A DNA stretch of 64,000 nucleotides, taken from contig JAOUGE010000001.1 in NCBI GenBank assembly GCA_029865605.1, positions 19,840-83,839 of the forward strand. Direction: 5' to 3'. A program made the translations under genes and the position numbers. This stretch comes from Candidatus Berkelbacteria bacterium (lineage in GTDB: Bacteria > Patescibacteriota > UBA1384 > DTJR01). Within the stretch, counting starts at the first letter, position 1. Every line of letters begins with the position of its first letter. Below, one piece after another: positions 18,607 to 29,056 of this stretch. The notes under the pieces are model-generated. The model was not told where the DNA came from, ran no database searches, and saw only the letters and a program-made list of their open reading frames with translations.

Positions 18607-19434
18607 TTAATCGTTTCTCTCTTTTTTCCTGACCGTCACTTCAACATCACCTTTTTTAAAAGTCTGATCGGGGGTGCAGCCGGGCGGGCAGGCGACGGCT
18701 GCTACTTTGGGCTTATAGCGCTTTATTATATAGATTTGCTGCAAAATCATCAAGATGGTCTGGGTTGCCCAATAAATCGAGAGGGCAGAGACCAGAGTGT
18801 AAGAAATGTAAGCGGTCATAACCGGGAAAAGATAGGTCATCTGTGAAGAGAGCATTTTTTGGAATGAATCCTCTTTGCTACCGGGTGTAGGCTTGGGTTG
18901 AGTCGCTCTCATTTGGATTGACTGGTAGAGCTGGGTTCCTCCTGTCACCAGTGGGAAAAGAAGAGCCAGATAACCCTTCGTCCCGCCTAATTTGAAAAGT
19001 TCGGCGACTGTTTTAGATAAGTCGTAACCAAAAAATGAGCTGTTAATTGTTTCCGGCCGGGGGAGCCAGGAGTAAAGAAATTCAGGTTTGAGCTCGCTGA
19101 TGCCGATTTTAATAAATACTCGATAAAAGAAGATTAGGACAACAATCTGAACCAGCATCGGCAGGCAGCTTGAAAGCGGGTTAACTCCCTCGCGCTTGTA
19201 AAGCTCCAGAGTCGCTTTTTGCTCGGCCTGCTTGTCGCCCTTGTGGTCGTTTTTGATTTTCTCAAGATGGGGCTGAAGTTCCTTTTGCTTATGCTGCATT
19301 AGCGTCATCTTGATCGTAGGCTTGAGGAAAATCAGTCTCAAGATAATCGTTATAATGATAATCGCCACCCAAACATAATGCCCCGGAGTTAACCAGGTGA
19401 AGAAAATAAGAAGGTTGTAGAAAAAATCGGTCAT
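18607..19434 (-). CDS. yidC: Membrane protein insertase YidC
   Basis: LYKREGVNPLSSCLPMLVQ, LSIYWAT; conserved operon position. Confidence 0.93.
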   Translation of the reverse strand: MTDFFYNLLIFFTWLTPGHYVWVAIIIITIILRLIFLKPTIKMTLMQHKQKELQPHLEKIKNDHKGDKQAEQKATLELYKREGVNPLSSCLPMLVQIVVLIFFYRVFIKIGISELKPEFLYSWLPRPETINSSFFGYDLSKTVAELFKLGGTKGYLALLFPLVTGGTQLYQSIQMRATQPKPTPGSKEDSFQKMLSSQMTYLFPVMTAYISYTLVSALSIYWATQTILMILQQIYIIKRYKPKVAAVACPPGCTPDQTFKKGDVEVTVRKKERND

Positions 19435-19448
19435 TTTTGTTTTTTGCT

Positions 19449-19712
19449 TTACGTTTTACGTTCCCCGCGCCAGAGTTTCGGCGCGGGGTCGTATCCTCCA
19501 TGACTCCAGGGGTTGCAGCGCAAAATCCGCCATCCGCCAAGAGCGATCCCGACAATTATACCATTCTTTTCAATCGCTTTAGCCGCGTACTCACTGCAGC
19601 TTGGATAAAATCGGCAAAAACCGTCCGGGTACATTCCCTTAAATACACCGTGATCCGGACTCAAGGTTTTCTGGTAGGCCCTGATTGTTTTGATTGCAAG
19701 AAACTTGAACAC
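19449..19712 (-). CDS. yidD: Membrane protein insertion efficiency factor YidD
   Basis: CRFYPSCSEY...RILRCNPWSHGGYDP. Confidence 0.95.
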   Translation of the reverse strand: MFKFLAIKTIRAYQKTLSPDHGVFKGMYPDGFCRFYPSCSEYAAKAIEKNGIIVGIALGGWRILRCNPWSHGGYDPAPKLWRGERKT

Positions 19713-20029
19713 TTTTCCGCCTCGGCTTGAATTTTGGCAAAATCGGCTGTCTGGACATTACCTTGGGATAAAACAACTATGTCCCAGCCGGATAATTTTT
19801 CAAGGTGATCTCTAAAGGCGGCTTTGAGCCGTCTGCGGATTAGGTTTCGGTTAACTGCCTTGCTTGAAACCTTTTTGAAGGCGACGACGGCCAGCCGTGC
19901 CGGATTGTCGCTAAAGTCTCTGCGCCGGTAGGCTTTAACTTTAAAAAAGGCGCCCTGCCAGGCAATTCCCTTTTCAAACGCTCTTTTAATATGGCGGGAT
20001 AGCCTTAGCCGGTTTTGCCCTTTAATCAT
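19661..20029 (-). CDS. rnpA: Ribonuclease P protein component
   Basis: [18 protein letters not shown] (RNR motif). Confidence 0.92.
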   Translation of the reverse strand: MIKGQNRLRLSRHIKRAFEKGIAWQGAFFKVKAYRRRDFSDNPARLAVVAFKKVSSKAVNRNLIRRRLKAAFRDHLEKLSGWDIVVLSQGNVQTADFAKIQAEAEKCSSFLQSKQSGPTRKP

Positions 20030-20172
20030 CTCGTTTTGGTTGGTGCCAGGCGTTTTCTACCTTTGGCACGCCTTCTTTTTAAAACTCTAATTCCGCCCGT
20101 CGAATTCATCCTGGCTCTAAAACCGTGAGTCTTAACCCTTTTCCTCTTTTTCGGTTGGTAGGTTCTTTTCAT
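20026..20172 (-). CDS. rpmH: 50S ribosomal protein L34 (not in the ORF track)
   Basis: Translates as [48 protein letters not shown]; upstream TTGCCA-N17-TATAAT. Confidence 0.95.
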   Translation of the reverse strand: MKRTYQPKKRKRVKTHGFRARMNSTGGIRVLKRRRAKGRKRLAPTKTR

Positions 20173-20264
20173 AACAGAAAGATTATACTTGAAAGGCCGG
20201 TTTTTGGCAAGGAATTGTGTAGGCGGGAGCTTCTAGTATAATTAGGTTATATAAAAGGAGGGAA

Positions 20265-23200
20265 TTGAAGCGAGGTATTTATCACCCTTTAGCTGTTTTG
20301 GTTTTAGGCGCATACCTTGGTTTTTCCCTGATTTTTCCTGATGGCTTTTCCCATCCCCCCAAGGCTTTGGGGGGATCAGAGGCTAAGAGCTGGACGGTTA
20401 GGCCAAAGGATCATCTTGATGAAGCGATAGTTGATCAGGTTCAACAGGACGAAACCGGCCAAAAAATCGAACTCGAAAGATATTTCAACAAGAACTTAAT
20501 TGATAAGCGACTTGCAAGCGATCGTACGAACTATAACCAAATGGACCCATCTGTAGTTGCCGACGGTGACGGCAATATCTATATTGCCTTCACCATGGAC
20601 CCCGGAAAAATAATGATGCAGAAACTTAACTCCTCTGGGGAGGTGCAATGGGAGCAGGATAAGCAGGTTTTTGTTTCAGGCTGTGTTGCTGCGGGCGGAC
20701 AGCATGGCAACCATTTAGCAACCGCCCTTCACCCGAACGGGATCGTGGTTGTCGCTAACTGTTATGTCGGTGTTTCACAAAATGATATCTGGGCCCAGCT
20801 TGTGAACACTTCTGGAGTTACCCAGTGGGCTGCTGAAACCAGAGTTCATGACAATACAGTCAATAATAAATTCAATCAGGAAGTACAAGTGTTGGGATCG
20901 GATATTTATGTCGCTTGGGCAGACGACAGGACAGTAGCCAATACCTACGAGATGTATGCCCAGAAACTTGACTCTAGTGGAAATAGGACGATAGCTGGCG
21001 ATCAGGCATTAGTTACGCCCGGTGTCAATTTGCTCGGCCCACGTCTTAAAAAGAACTCTTCGGGAAAGCTTTTGCTAAGCTATATTAATTCGTCAAATAA
21101 TCAAATTTGGGTACGCCAGTATAACTCGAGTTTTACCCAGGATTGGGGGCCGAATGCGGCTGGGACAACAACAAGTCCAGGCAGTAAGTCTGCATTTGCA
21201 ACAACCGTTATTGGCGACAACAGCTATTATTTCTTTAGAAAGTGGAGCACTAGTCCTCCCAATTATCAAATTTACGGCCAGTCACTTAATAGTGCGGGTG
21301 GTACGAGGTGGAACGGTGGCCTTGACTTGAGAGTTGGCCGGAGAGTCGTGCCGGGCGCAATTTTGGCTTGGAATGACGGAACGAACCCTTATTTCGGAGC
21401 GACAGAATTTAGCGGCGCTACTTATCCATGCGGGAAAAAAGTGGACGCGGCAACCGGTGCTGTCTTGTGGGGCGGAATTTTTGACAATGAGCCGCAGCTT
21501 ATTGTCAGCTCGTATGTCCCTCCTCATCAACCCGCTGTTAACATTGTCTTTTCCGGGAGCGTTAATCACGTGGTTTATAGCAATCTGAATGGGGCCTACC
21601 AGGCAGATGTTTACTACAATTCGTTTAATACATCAGGAACGATTACTCATGCCTCCGACATAATGATAAACAGGGATTTTGGGGTGCTCGACCAGCAACA
21701 GATGGCGATAGCCAAGGACTCAAACGGGGATATTGCAGGTGCGTGGAGAGACAGCCGGGTCGGGGTATATTCTTACGATGTTTATGTTCAGAAGTTTAAT
21801 TCTTCAGGCACGAGCCAGTGGACAGATGACACCAAGGCGAACTCGACCACAACGGGCTGTTCTAGCATCGAGACACTTGCAATTGGAACCGATTTTTATA
21901 TTGTTTGGTCTTCAGTGGGCAATGTTTATTTGAATAAAATCAACAGTTCCGGTGTAAGACAATGGGCTGATTTACGGGTTAATGTTGGCGCGGCAAGCCA
22001 AACTTCGAACCCGTCGTTAAGCTACGATGGAACAAATATTATCGTTGCATGGGAAGACAACCGCGGTGGCGCCGGTAATTTGCAGATTTATTTTAATGCG
22101 GTTAGCACTGCCGGGGTTGTTCAGCTGGGATCTGACGTAAGAGTGACGGTTGAGTCTGCAACAAAAAAGCTTGGTCCGGAAATTCGTTCAGATGGAACTA
22201 ACACTTTTGTTGTTTGGGAGGACAGCCGAAATGGCTCAAGCGAAGATATTTACATGCAAAAGATAAACGGCTCCGGTGTGCCCCAATATGCAGGCGATGT
22301 GAAGATTGATAATATGTCAGGAATCTATGCCTCTTCAAATAACCCCAATTTCGTGGTAGATAGCGGCAGTATTTATGTGGTCTGGGAAGACGACAGAAAT
22401 CCGGGTGATTTATACTCGGATATTTATATGGCAGGCTTTAATGGTCAGACTAGGCTTTTTGATGATGTTTTGGTTAACGATGACAGCACCGGAGACAAAG
22501 TTGACTCGGTAATCGGTTTCTCAAGCGGCGCACTTTATATCGCCTGGAAAGATAAGCGCGACAGCTCAACCTACACCGACATCTATATGGCGAAATTCAA
22601 CACGAACGGAATCAAGCGTTATGCCAATGACGCCCAAGTCAATATCAATAATACAACCGTAATTCACGCTAACCCGACCATGACCTTAAATGATTCATTC
22701 GTGGGCTGGGATGATGATCGAAACGGTGTGACTAACAAGGATATTTATCTTGCTAAGGGGATCGACAAGGTTAAGAGCAATGGTAAGATCCACGGCGACG
22801 GTCTTGTGCTCGACGCGCAAACCCAAAACGTCCGTTACGGGACTTTGAGCTGGACAGCCGACAAACCGGCCAATACGGAGGTTAAGTTCAGGACAAGATC
22901 GGCTGATACGGAAGCCGGCCTTTCTGGAGCCGCTTGGAGTGACTACTACCTTGCTCTAAGTGCGGCTAAGATTTTCGGCACGGGGATTGCCAAAGCCACC
23001 GCCGATATTGAATCGGACGACAAGAGATACTTAGAAGTTGAGGTGAGCCTGGTTACCTCTGACCTTATAAGTTCTCCCGCTGTTGAGGACTTTACCGTTT
23101 CATATCTAACCAATGAAGCGCCGGAAATTAACTCGATTGTTATCGGCTCAACGTCCGGCGGTTCAGTTGAGTTTTATTATTCGGTCGTTGATCCTGATAA

Positions 23201-24554
23201 TTCTACTGCTCTAGTCAGCTTTGAATATTGGGATGGCTCGGCCTGGAAGAGCTCGACCAATGCCTCAGGAATTGGCGCTTTAAGCACGAACCAGACAGTC
23301 AAAGGGGTATGGTCAGCGGGGACTGATCTGCCCAATACCCAAATCACGTCAAAAATTCGCCTTACCGCCGATGACAGTGCGCCGTTCAACAATATCGGCA
23401 CGGGAACTTCACCTGAGTTTATGCTCGATACCACAGAGACATCTGCTTCGGCTACTCCATCTGCCTCGGGGACTCCGGGCCCAAGGGTCAGCCCGACAGT
23501 AAGCTCCACAGCCACGATTTCTGCTTCACCGACTATTACTCCGGGAGGCGGAGATGACGAAGAAGAACCTCCGGTTATTAAAGAGATTAAGGATGTTGTC
23601 AAGGAGCTGTCCGATATTATTATCATGGGGATGCAGACACCGGGCGGTCAGGCGGCGGCGGTTGCTGTTGCCGTTCTGCTGTCTGCGCCGGTTTTATTTT
23701 CATCTATTAACTTCATTTCTCGGCTGCTTTCCCTCTTTAGATTGACCATAAGGTTTGGCGGAGCGGCGATTGCAGTAAAAAAGAGGCGAGGTTATGTATT
23801 TGACAATGTCAGCAAAAGACCAATCCCGCTGGCTTTGATTAAGATTTTTGATTACGAGACGTCTAGTTTGGTCTATCAAACTTACACCAACACCCAAGGC
23901 GAGTTTGTTCTGAAGCTAGGAAGCAGGAAATATTCCCTTGATGTTTATAAGACGGGATATACAGTGCTTGAGGTTAAAGACGAAGGAAAAGAATTCAATA
24001 GTCTTAGAACTGATGGCTACTATGATCATATTTATTATTCCGGTGAGATAATTAACGCTCAAAATGAAGTGGTCGATCTGTCAATTCCGATGAACCCCGT
24101 AGAGAAACCTGGTATTTGGGCGGTTATTTTAAGGGGATCACTCGGCTTTCTAAGGAGAACATCTTATCTTTTTCTAGTCGTCGGGACGGCATTCGCGATT
24201 TTGTTCTTTGCTCTTGCGCCAAATATTCCGGTTAATATTGCCATTCTTATTTACTATCTTTTGATTTGGTCAGTTCTTGCTTATCTGGTTTTCACCCACC
24301 CGAAACGTGCTGGCGATGTTCTGGATTTGGGCAAGGTAAAACTGCCTCAAGCTCTAGTCAGAATTTTTGACCAAAATAATAGACTGATCCAAACCGCAGT
24401 TTCTGACAATGAGGGCGAATTCATTTTAAATATTTCGAAGGGAAGCTATCAAGTGGAGGCCAGAAAAGCCGGCTTTAAGCCCAAAAAAGATATTCTTGAA
24501 GTTAAAACTCTAAGGGATGTAGGTAGAAAAGAGATCCGTTTGGAAAGGCCCTAG
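20265..24554 (+). CDS. Large surface protein: repeated beta-propeller-like blades, S/T/P linker, TM helices and carboxypeptidase-regulatory-like domains
   Basis: Signal-like N-terminus; about 8 repeats of (A/V)W.D.R...DIY; TNTQGEF and SDNEGEF...Y.V...K.G(Y/F). Confidence 0.8.
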   Translation: MKRGIYHPLAVLVLGAYLGFSLIFPDGFSHPPKALGGSEAKSWTVRPKDHLDEAIVDQVQQDETGQKIELERYFNKNLIDKRLASDRTNYNQMDPSVVADGDGNIYIAFTMDPGKIMMQKLNSSGEVQWEQDKQVFVSGCVAAGGQHGNHLATALHPNGIVVVANCYVGVSQNDIWAQLVNTSGVTQWAAETRVHDNTVNNKFNQEVQVLGSDIYVAWADDRTVANTYEMYAQKLDSSGNRTIAGDQALVTPGVNLLGPRLKKNSSGKLLLSYINSSNNQIWVRQYNSSFTQDWGPNAAGTTTSPGSKSAFATTVIGDNSYYFFRKWSTSPPNYQIYGQSLNSAGGTRWNGGLDLRVGRRVVPGAILAWNDGTNPYFGATEFSGATYPCGKKVDAATGAVLWGGIFDNEPQLIVSSYVPPHQPAVNIVFSGSVNHVVYSNLNGAYQADVYYNSFNTSGTITHASDIMINRDFGVLDQQQMAIAKDSNGDIAGAWRDSRVGVYSYDVYVQKFNSSGTSQWTDDTKANSTTTGCSSIETLAIGTDFYIVWSSVGNVYLNKINSSGVRQWADLRVNVGAASQTSNPSLSYDGTNIIVAWEDNRGGAGNLQIYFNAVSTAGVVQLGSDVRVTVESATKKLGPEIRSDGTNTFVVWEDSRNGSSEDIYMQKINGSGVPQYAGDVKIDNMSGIYASSNNPNFVVDSGSIYVVWEDDRNPGDLYSDIYMAGFNGQTRLFDDVLVNDDSTGDKVDSVIGFSSGALYIAWKDKRDSSTYTDIYMAKFNTNGIKRYANDAQVNINNTTVIHANPTMTLNDSFVGWDDDRNGVTNKDIYLAKGIDKVKSNGKIHGDGLVLDAQTQNVRYGTLSWTADKPANTEVKFRTRSADTEAGLSGAAWSDYYLALSAAKIFGTGIAKATADIESDDKRYLEVEVSLVTSDLISSPAVEDFTVSYLTNEAPEINSIVIGSTSGGSVEFYYSVVDPDNSTALVSFEYWDGSAWKSSTNASGIGALSTNQTVKGVWSAGTDLPNTQITSKIRLTADDSAPFNNIGTGTSPEFMLDTTETSASATPSASGTPGPRVSPTVSSTATISASPTITPGGGDDEEEPPVIKEIKDVVKELSDIIIMGMQTPGGQAAAVAVAVLLSAPVLFSSINFISRLLSLFRLTIRFGGAAIAVKKRRGYVFDNVSKRPIPLALIKIFDYETSSLVYQTYTNTQGEFVLKLGSRKYSLDVYKTGYTVLEVKDEGKEFNSLRTDGYYDHIYYSGEIINAQNEVVDLSIPMNPVEKPGIWAVILRGSLGFLRRTSYLFLVVGTAFAILFFALAPNIPVNIAILIYYLLIWSVLAYLVFTHPKRAGDVLDLGKVKLPQALVRIFDQNNRLIQTAVSDNEGEFILNISKGSYQVEARKAGFKPKKDILEVKTLRDVGRKEIRLERP

Positions 24555-25541
24555 CTATTTGAGCGCGATTTTTACCAGGTGAGCAATGAGACGGTTGAAC
24601 TCAAATCCGGCGGCATTGGCTGATTTTGGGAAAAGACTTTCTGGGGTCAGCCCAGGAATGGTATTGATTTCTAAAATCCATACTTTGTTGGCCTTGTCTA
24701 CAATCATATCCACCCTTGAAAAATGACGGCAGTCATGAACGAGATGGGTTTTAAGGGCTAACTCTTGAGCTTTTTGGGTCAGTTCTTTTGATATTCTAGC
24801 CGGAACTATTTCTTGGGTTTCGCCGCTGTATTTTGCCTCGTAGCTGAAGAATTTTTGCTTGGGGATAATTTCAATCACGGGGAGAGCTTGCGGCTGGCCA
24901 GGCTCTTTCTCTAAGATCGGCACGGAAATCTCGCGGTTGCCGAGATATTTTTCGATGATTATGCTTTCAGAGTATTTAAAAGCTTCTCTTTTGCCGAGTT
25001 CAAAGTCGGCATTATTTTCGCAGATTGAGACGCCGATCGATGACCCCTGGTCAGCCGGCTTTACCACAACAGGGAAATGCATTTTCGTCTTTTCATTTTC
25101 CGCTTTCAATACTTCCCACTCCGGGGTGGGGATTTGGGCTTTTTCCATGATTTGTTTGGAAAACTTTTTATTAAGCGCCACGGCGCTTGAAACTGGTCTT
25201 GAGCCGACGTACTTTATGCCGATCTCCTCAAAAAGGCCCTGCAGCAGACCGTCTTCGCCGAACTTACCGTGCATAGCGATGAAGACTACCTCAAAGTGGC
25301 GGACAATGTCAACGAGGGGATAATTGACGGCCCGGGGTAATTTATTTGAGTCTTTTTCGATATTGTCGAGCTCGGGAAGCTGCAAAAACCGGCCTGTTCC
25401 GAAATCAATCAGGTCAACTGAATAACCCTGTCTTTCCAGTGCCGTTGCCACTTTGCGCCCCGAGGCAATTGAAACTTCACGCTCGGAGGATTTTCCGCCT
25501 AAAGCGACTAAGACACGGTTTTTTTGGGGGTTTAGCGGCAT
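24555..25541 (-). CDS. ddl: D-alanine--D-alanine ligase
   Basis: GGKSSEREVS, HGKFGEDG, GSSIG, YEAKY, EINTIPG. Confidence 0.95.
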   Translation of the reverse strand: MPLNPQKNRVLVALGGKSSEREVSIASGRKVATALERQGYSVDLIDFGTGRFLQLPELDNIEKDSNKLPRAVNYPLVDIVRHFEVVFIAMHGKFGEDGLLQGLFEEIGIKYVGSRPVSSAVALNKKFSKQIMEKAQIPTPEWEVLKAENEKTKMHFPVVVKPADQGSSIGVSICENNADFELGKREAFKYSESIIIEKYLGNREISVPILEKEPGQPQALPVIEIIPKQKFFSYEAKYSGETQEIVPARISKELTQKAQELALKTHLVHDCRHFSRVDMIVDKANKVWILEINTIPGLTPESLFPKSANAAGFEFNRLIAHLVKIALK

Positions 25542-25574
25542 GGGTTTAGTTTAAAGTTAAAAGAAAGGGGTGCG

Positions 25575-26090
25575 CTATGAAATCAGGATTTTTTCTTTGA
25601 TCGAATCGAGGTCGGTGAATCCTTCGGCCTCCTCAATCAAACGGCTCGAGGCAGTCTTCTTGAAAGCAATCACTTCGGCTCGGCAACCGAGGGATTTGAC
25701 GTGTTCGATTAAATCTTTGAAGTCGCCATCGCCTGAAACTAGGACGATTACATCAAGCTTTCCGGCCGCGCGCATTACATCCATAGCGATTCCGACATCC
25801 CAGTCGCCTTTTTTGGCCCCGCCGAAGAAAACTTGCAGGTCTTTGGCTTTGACATCATAGCCCTGATGATGAAGGGCCTCAAAAAAGTTAGCTTCTGGCT
25901 CGACATCGGCTTTTATCACATAAGCAGTCGCCTTGATCAGGCTTCTGTCCCCGATCGCTCTTTTTAAAATTTCCCCGAAATTGACCTTTTTCTTGTAGAG
26001 GTTTTTTGCCGAGTAATACATATTTTGAACATCGACGAAAACCCCGACTCGCTGGGCTGAATTCTTATTTCCAACCATATTTTGTTGCAT
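25575..26090 (-). CDS. NYN-domain (LabA/DUF88) protein
   Basis: FVDVQN, KGDWDV, LVSGDGDF. Confidence 0.9.
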   Translation of the reverse strand: MQQNMVGNKNSAQRVGVFVDVQNMYYSAKNLYKKKVNFGEILKRAIGDRSLIKATAYVIKADVEPEANFFEALHHQGYDVKAKDLQVFFGGAKKGDWDVGIAMDVMRAAGKLDVIVLVSGDGDFKDLIEHVKSLGCRAEVIAFKKTASSRLIEEAEGFTDLDSIKEKILIS

Positions 26091-26099
26091 AATTACCCC

Positions 26100-26200
26100 T
26101 AAATTAAATATTAAAAATTAAAAATCAGAATTATAGGTTAGAATTCAAAAATTTTGTATTTTGCATTATCATTTTCTATTTTCGTTTTTACTTTTTAATT
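26100..26200. repeat. AT-rich heptamer array with inverted halves
   Basis: taaatat-taaaaat-taaaaat-cagaatt ... ttttgta-ttttgca ... tttctat-tttcgtt-tttactt-tttaatt. Confidence 0.55.
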
Positions 26201-26619
26201 TATCTTACTACAACTTCTCCTCTAATTGAAGGGTTAGCTTCAAGGTGAAAGCCCCAGCGCCCCGGGTTTTTGAAAGTGTAGGAATATTTTTCTTTTGGAT
26301 AAATCGGCGTGGTGTAAAGATCGGGAAGATAGTTGTGGTTGGGGTGGGGATCGGAAGCAATTATTTGGGAGTTGCGGCCGATATTTTCAAATTGAACTGC
26401 CGTGCCTAAATCGACTTCGGCGAGCTCGGGCGAAAAACCGGTTTCGGAAAAGGTAATTAGAGAGGTTGGAACCGGGATTTCTTCAGCTGTCTCATCTGGG
26501 GTTGGCTCAACCTCCCGAATAGAACGGATTAACGGTGTTTGGCAACCGGAGAGCGTAAGACCACAGACTAGAGTTGCAAAAACTAGAACGGCCCTATTCT
26601 TTGATTTTTTCAATGTCAT
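26200..26619 (-). CDS. Cupredoxin-like lipoprotein
   Basis: Lipobox LSG-C; GFSP..GTAVQFEN, SDPHPNH, YSYTFKNPGRWGFH. Confidence 0.75.
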   Translation of the reverse strand: MTLKKSKNRAVLVFATLVCGLTLSGCQTPLIRSIREVEPTPDETAEEIPVPTSLITFSETGFSPELAEVDLGTAVQFENIGRNSQIIASDPHPNHNYLPDLYTTPIYPKEKYSYTFKNPGRWGFHLEANPSIRGEVVVR

Positions 26620-27148
26620 AAGTTTCAATCTCCAGGTCATTCTCCCATTCATCTCTAGGTAATCCCGCTTTCTGGCAGAGTTGGGCTAAAAAATCAGCCG
26701 GATTGGGCAGTCCATCCCAAACTTGGGGCAAAAAAGTCGCTTGGCGAGGACCCTTTTTGATAATTACACCGGGCTTATTTTCTTTAAAATATTCAAGGAT
26801 TGCATCTTGGCCAGATAGATCGAGTTTTTTTAGTAAACTGAGAATCGAAACCTCAATTTTGATTTTATCAAGCCCGCCCTTTTGGAGTGGGGCAAATCTG
26901 GGATCGCCAAAGGCGGCTGCTCGGGCGCAATCGATAACGTCCTTGTAAAGCTCTTGGGTCGGCGCGAGATGGCCGATGCAGCCACGAAGCCGTCCCTCTT
27001 GAGTCAAAGTGACAAAACAAGCCCGTTTTTCAAGGCAATTTGCGGGAATATCTTGAACCGGCAAAGGGCTTTTGGTAAATGAGCTTGCAATCGCATCTCG
27101 AGCAAGCTTGAGTAGATATTCGGATTCTTTTTTTGAATAAGTCATCAT
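26594..27148 (-). CDS. AMMECR1 family protein (AmmeMemoRadiSam protein A)
   Basis: FVTL...LRGCIG, DPRF, ATFLPQV, LCQKAGL. Confidence 0.92.
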   Translation of the reverse strand: MMTYSKKESEYLLKLARDAIASSFTKSPLPVQDIPANCLEKRACFVTLTQEGRLRGCIGHLAPTQELYKDVIDCARAAAFGDPRFAPLQKGGLDKIKIEVSILSLLKKLDLSGQDAILEYFKENKPGVIIKKGPRQATFLPQVWDGLPNPADFLAQLCQKAGLPRDEWENDLEIETYDIEKIKE

Positions 27149-27226
27149 TATAAAAATTACATTTCAAGGCCTATAATGTCAAAGCTGGAAGCTGGACTTT
27201 TTTGCTTCTTGGGGTATAATAGGTTT

Positions 27227-27808
27227 GTGAGAATTCTAGATTTAGACCAAAATGTTTTGGCCTTCTTTAATGGATTGTTGATTGGAAGGTCTAATTTTTT
27301 AGATGAGCTAGTCAAAACGGTGGCAGTCTATTTTATTTATGCCCTGCCGGTAATTCTTCTTATTCTTTGGTTTGCCTTTGCTAAAAAGAGAGAAGCGCTT
27401 TGGCTTTCATTTATGGCCTGCCTCTTCTCATGGCTAGCCATTGCCAAGGCGATTGTTCCGAATATTTGGTTTCGACCTCGTCCGGATTTGGGTTTAGTTG
27501 GGGCTACTGAACTCCTGTTTCGCCGCCCGGATTATTCTTTCCCCTCCGATCACGCGGCGGCGCTTTTTGCTATAACATTCGGCCTTTATGCTTTCGGTTG
27601 GAAGCGAGCTGGACATTGGTTTTTGGTCTATGCTCTGATTGTTTCGATTACCAGAGTAGCTGTTGGAGTTCATTTTCCGTTGGATATCCTTGCCGGCGCC
27701 GCTGCCGCAGCGATTGGCGTGGGCGTCGCGGCTCTTTTGAAACGGCCCCTTGTTAAATATTTGATGGATCCGATTGTGAGCTTAATGCACAAGGTTGGTA
27801 TAAAGTGA
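27227..27808 (+). CDS. PAP2-family undecaprenyl-diphosphatase (BcrC-like)
   Basis: RPRP, SFPSDH, RVAVGVHFPLD; start placed at the GTG 6 nt after TATAAT. Confidence 0.88.
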   Translation: MRILDLDQNVLAFFNGLLIGRSNFLDELVKTVAVYFIYALPVILLILWFAFAKKREALWLSFMACLFSWLAIAKAIVPNIWFRPRPDLGLVGATELLFRRPDYSFPSDHAAALFAITFGLYAFGWKRAGHWFLVYALIVSITRVAVGVHFPLDILAGAAAAAIGVGVAALLKRPLVKYLMDPIVSLMHKVGIK

Positions 27809-28419
27809 ATCCCCGCCCGATTAACCGCAATCTTTTGGCCGAAGTTATCTCTTGGCTTTTCTTCCCGCCGCTTGTGGCAACGGTCTTTTTTATGTTTTTG
27901 ATTTTTTGGTATTCAAATGATCTTGGGCAAGGATTGCGCTGGCTTGTGGCAATCGCCCCTTTCTTGGTTTTTATTCCGCTTATATTTTTTGTCGTTAGCT
28001 ATAAGCTAAAATGGGTGTCTGACATTGACCTTTCCCATCGGGAAGAGCGGCCGGTCTTTTTGGGAGTTTTTATCGCTTCTTTGGCTATCGCTTCGTTTTT
28101 ACTCTATCTACTTAAAGTTCCATTGAAATTTTTTGTTTTCACCTTTGCGGGTTTGGTAATGGTTTTTATCGCTTCAGCTATAACTTTGTATTGGAAGATA
28201 AGTTTTCACACTGCCGTTACGACTTCGGTCATTACGGCGATTGTGATTTTAGGCGGGTGGGTTTTTGCCCCGATGTATCTGCTAGTATTGGTGATAGCTT
28301 GGGCGAGGGTAAGACTTAAAAAACATACTCTTTGGCAGGTTATAGGCGGGACGCTTTTGGCCTTTGCCATAACTGTCATAATATTTTATCTTTTTGGCTT
28401 TGGCATTTTGGAGGCTTGA
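27805..28419 (+). CDS. PAP2-like integral membrane protein
   Basis: WKISFH, WARVRLKKHTLWQV. Confidence 0.75.
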   Translation: MNPRPINRNLLAEVISWLFFPPLVATVFFMFLIFWYSNDLGQGLRWLVAIAPFLVFIPLIFFVVSYKLKWVSDIDLSHREERPVFLGVFIASLAIASFLLYLLKVPLKFFVFTFAGLVMVFIASAITLYWKISFHTAVTTSVITAIVILGGWVFAPMYLLVLVIAWARVRLKKHTLWQVIGGTLLAFAITVIIFYLFGFGILEA

Positions 28420-29039
28420 TGGTTGGCGGGATTTTGTCGGCGGTGAGTCATTTTATTGTCAATGTTATTTCCGGTTTGGGCTATGGCGGGGTGGTTTTGC
28501 TGATGGGAATCGAGTCGGCTAATATTCCCCTGCCCTCCGAAGTGATAATGCCTTTTTCGGGCTATCTGGTTTTTACTGGGCGGTTTAATTTGTTTTGGGT
28601 GGCGATTGCCGGCGGTTTGGGGTGTCTGTGGGGGTCGCTTTTAAGTTATTGGATTGGGGCAAAGGGCGGGCGGCCGCTGATTGAAAAATACGGCAAGTAC
28701 GTTTTGATTTCGCATCATGATTTGGACCGGGCCGACAGATGGTTTTTAAAGTGGGGGATAGCGACGGTTTTTATCGGCCGGCTTTTGCCGATTATTAGAA
28801 CTTTCATTTCTTTTCCGGCCGGTATTGCTCGGGTTAACATTTGGAAATTTTCGGTTTATACTTTTGTCGGCTCGGTCATTTGGAGTTATCTTTTAGCCTG
28901 GGTAGGGATGAAGCTCGGCGAGAATTGGGATTCGATCAAGGTCTATTTCCATGATTTTGACGTGGTGATCGGGGTTTTGATAGTGCTTGGGATTGGGTGG
29001 TGGATATATAGACACGTGAAGCATGCTAGAACTACTTGA
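28419..29039 (+). CDS. dedA: DedA family protein
   Basis: ESANIPLPSE, GRLLPIIRTFISFPAG. Confidence 0.9.
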   Translation: MVGGILSAVSHFIVNVISGLGYGGVVLLMGIESANIPLPSEVIMPFSGYLVFTGRFNLFWVAIAGGLGCLWGSLLSYWIGAKGGRPLIEKYGKYVLISHHDLDRADRWFLKWGIATVFIGRLLPIIRTFISFPAGIARVNIWKFSVYTFVGSVIWSYLLAWVGMKLGENWDSIKVYFHDFDVVIGVLIVLGIGWWIYRHVKHARTT

Positions 29040-29056
29040 TCTGGTATAATCGAGCT

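Noticed and set aside
20173-20264. oriC next to rpmH
   Set aside because: No TTATCCACA boxes and no dnaA.
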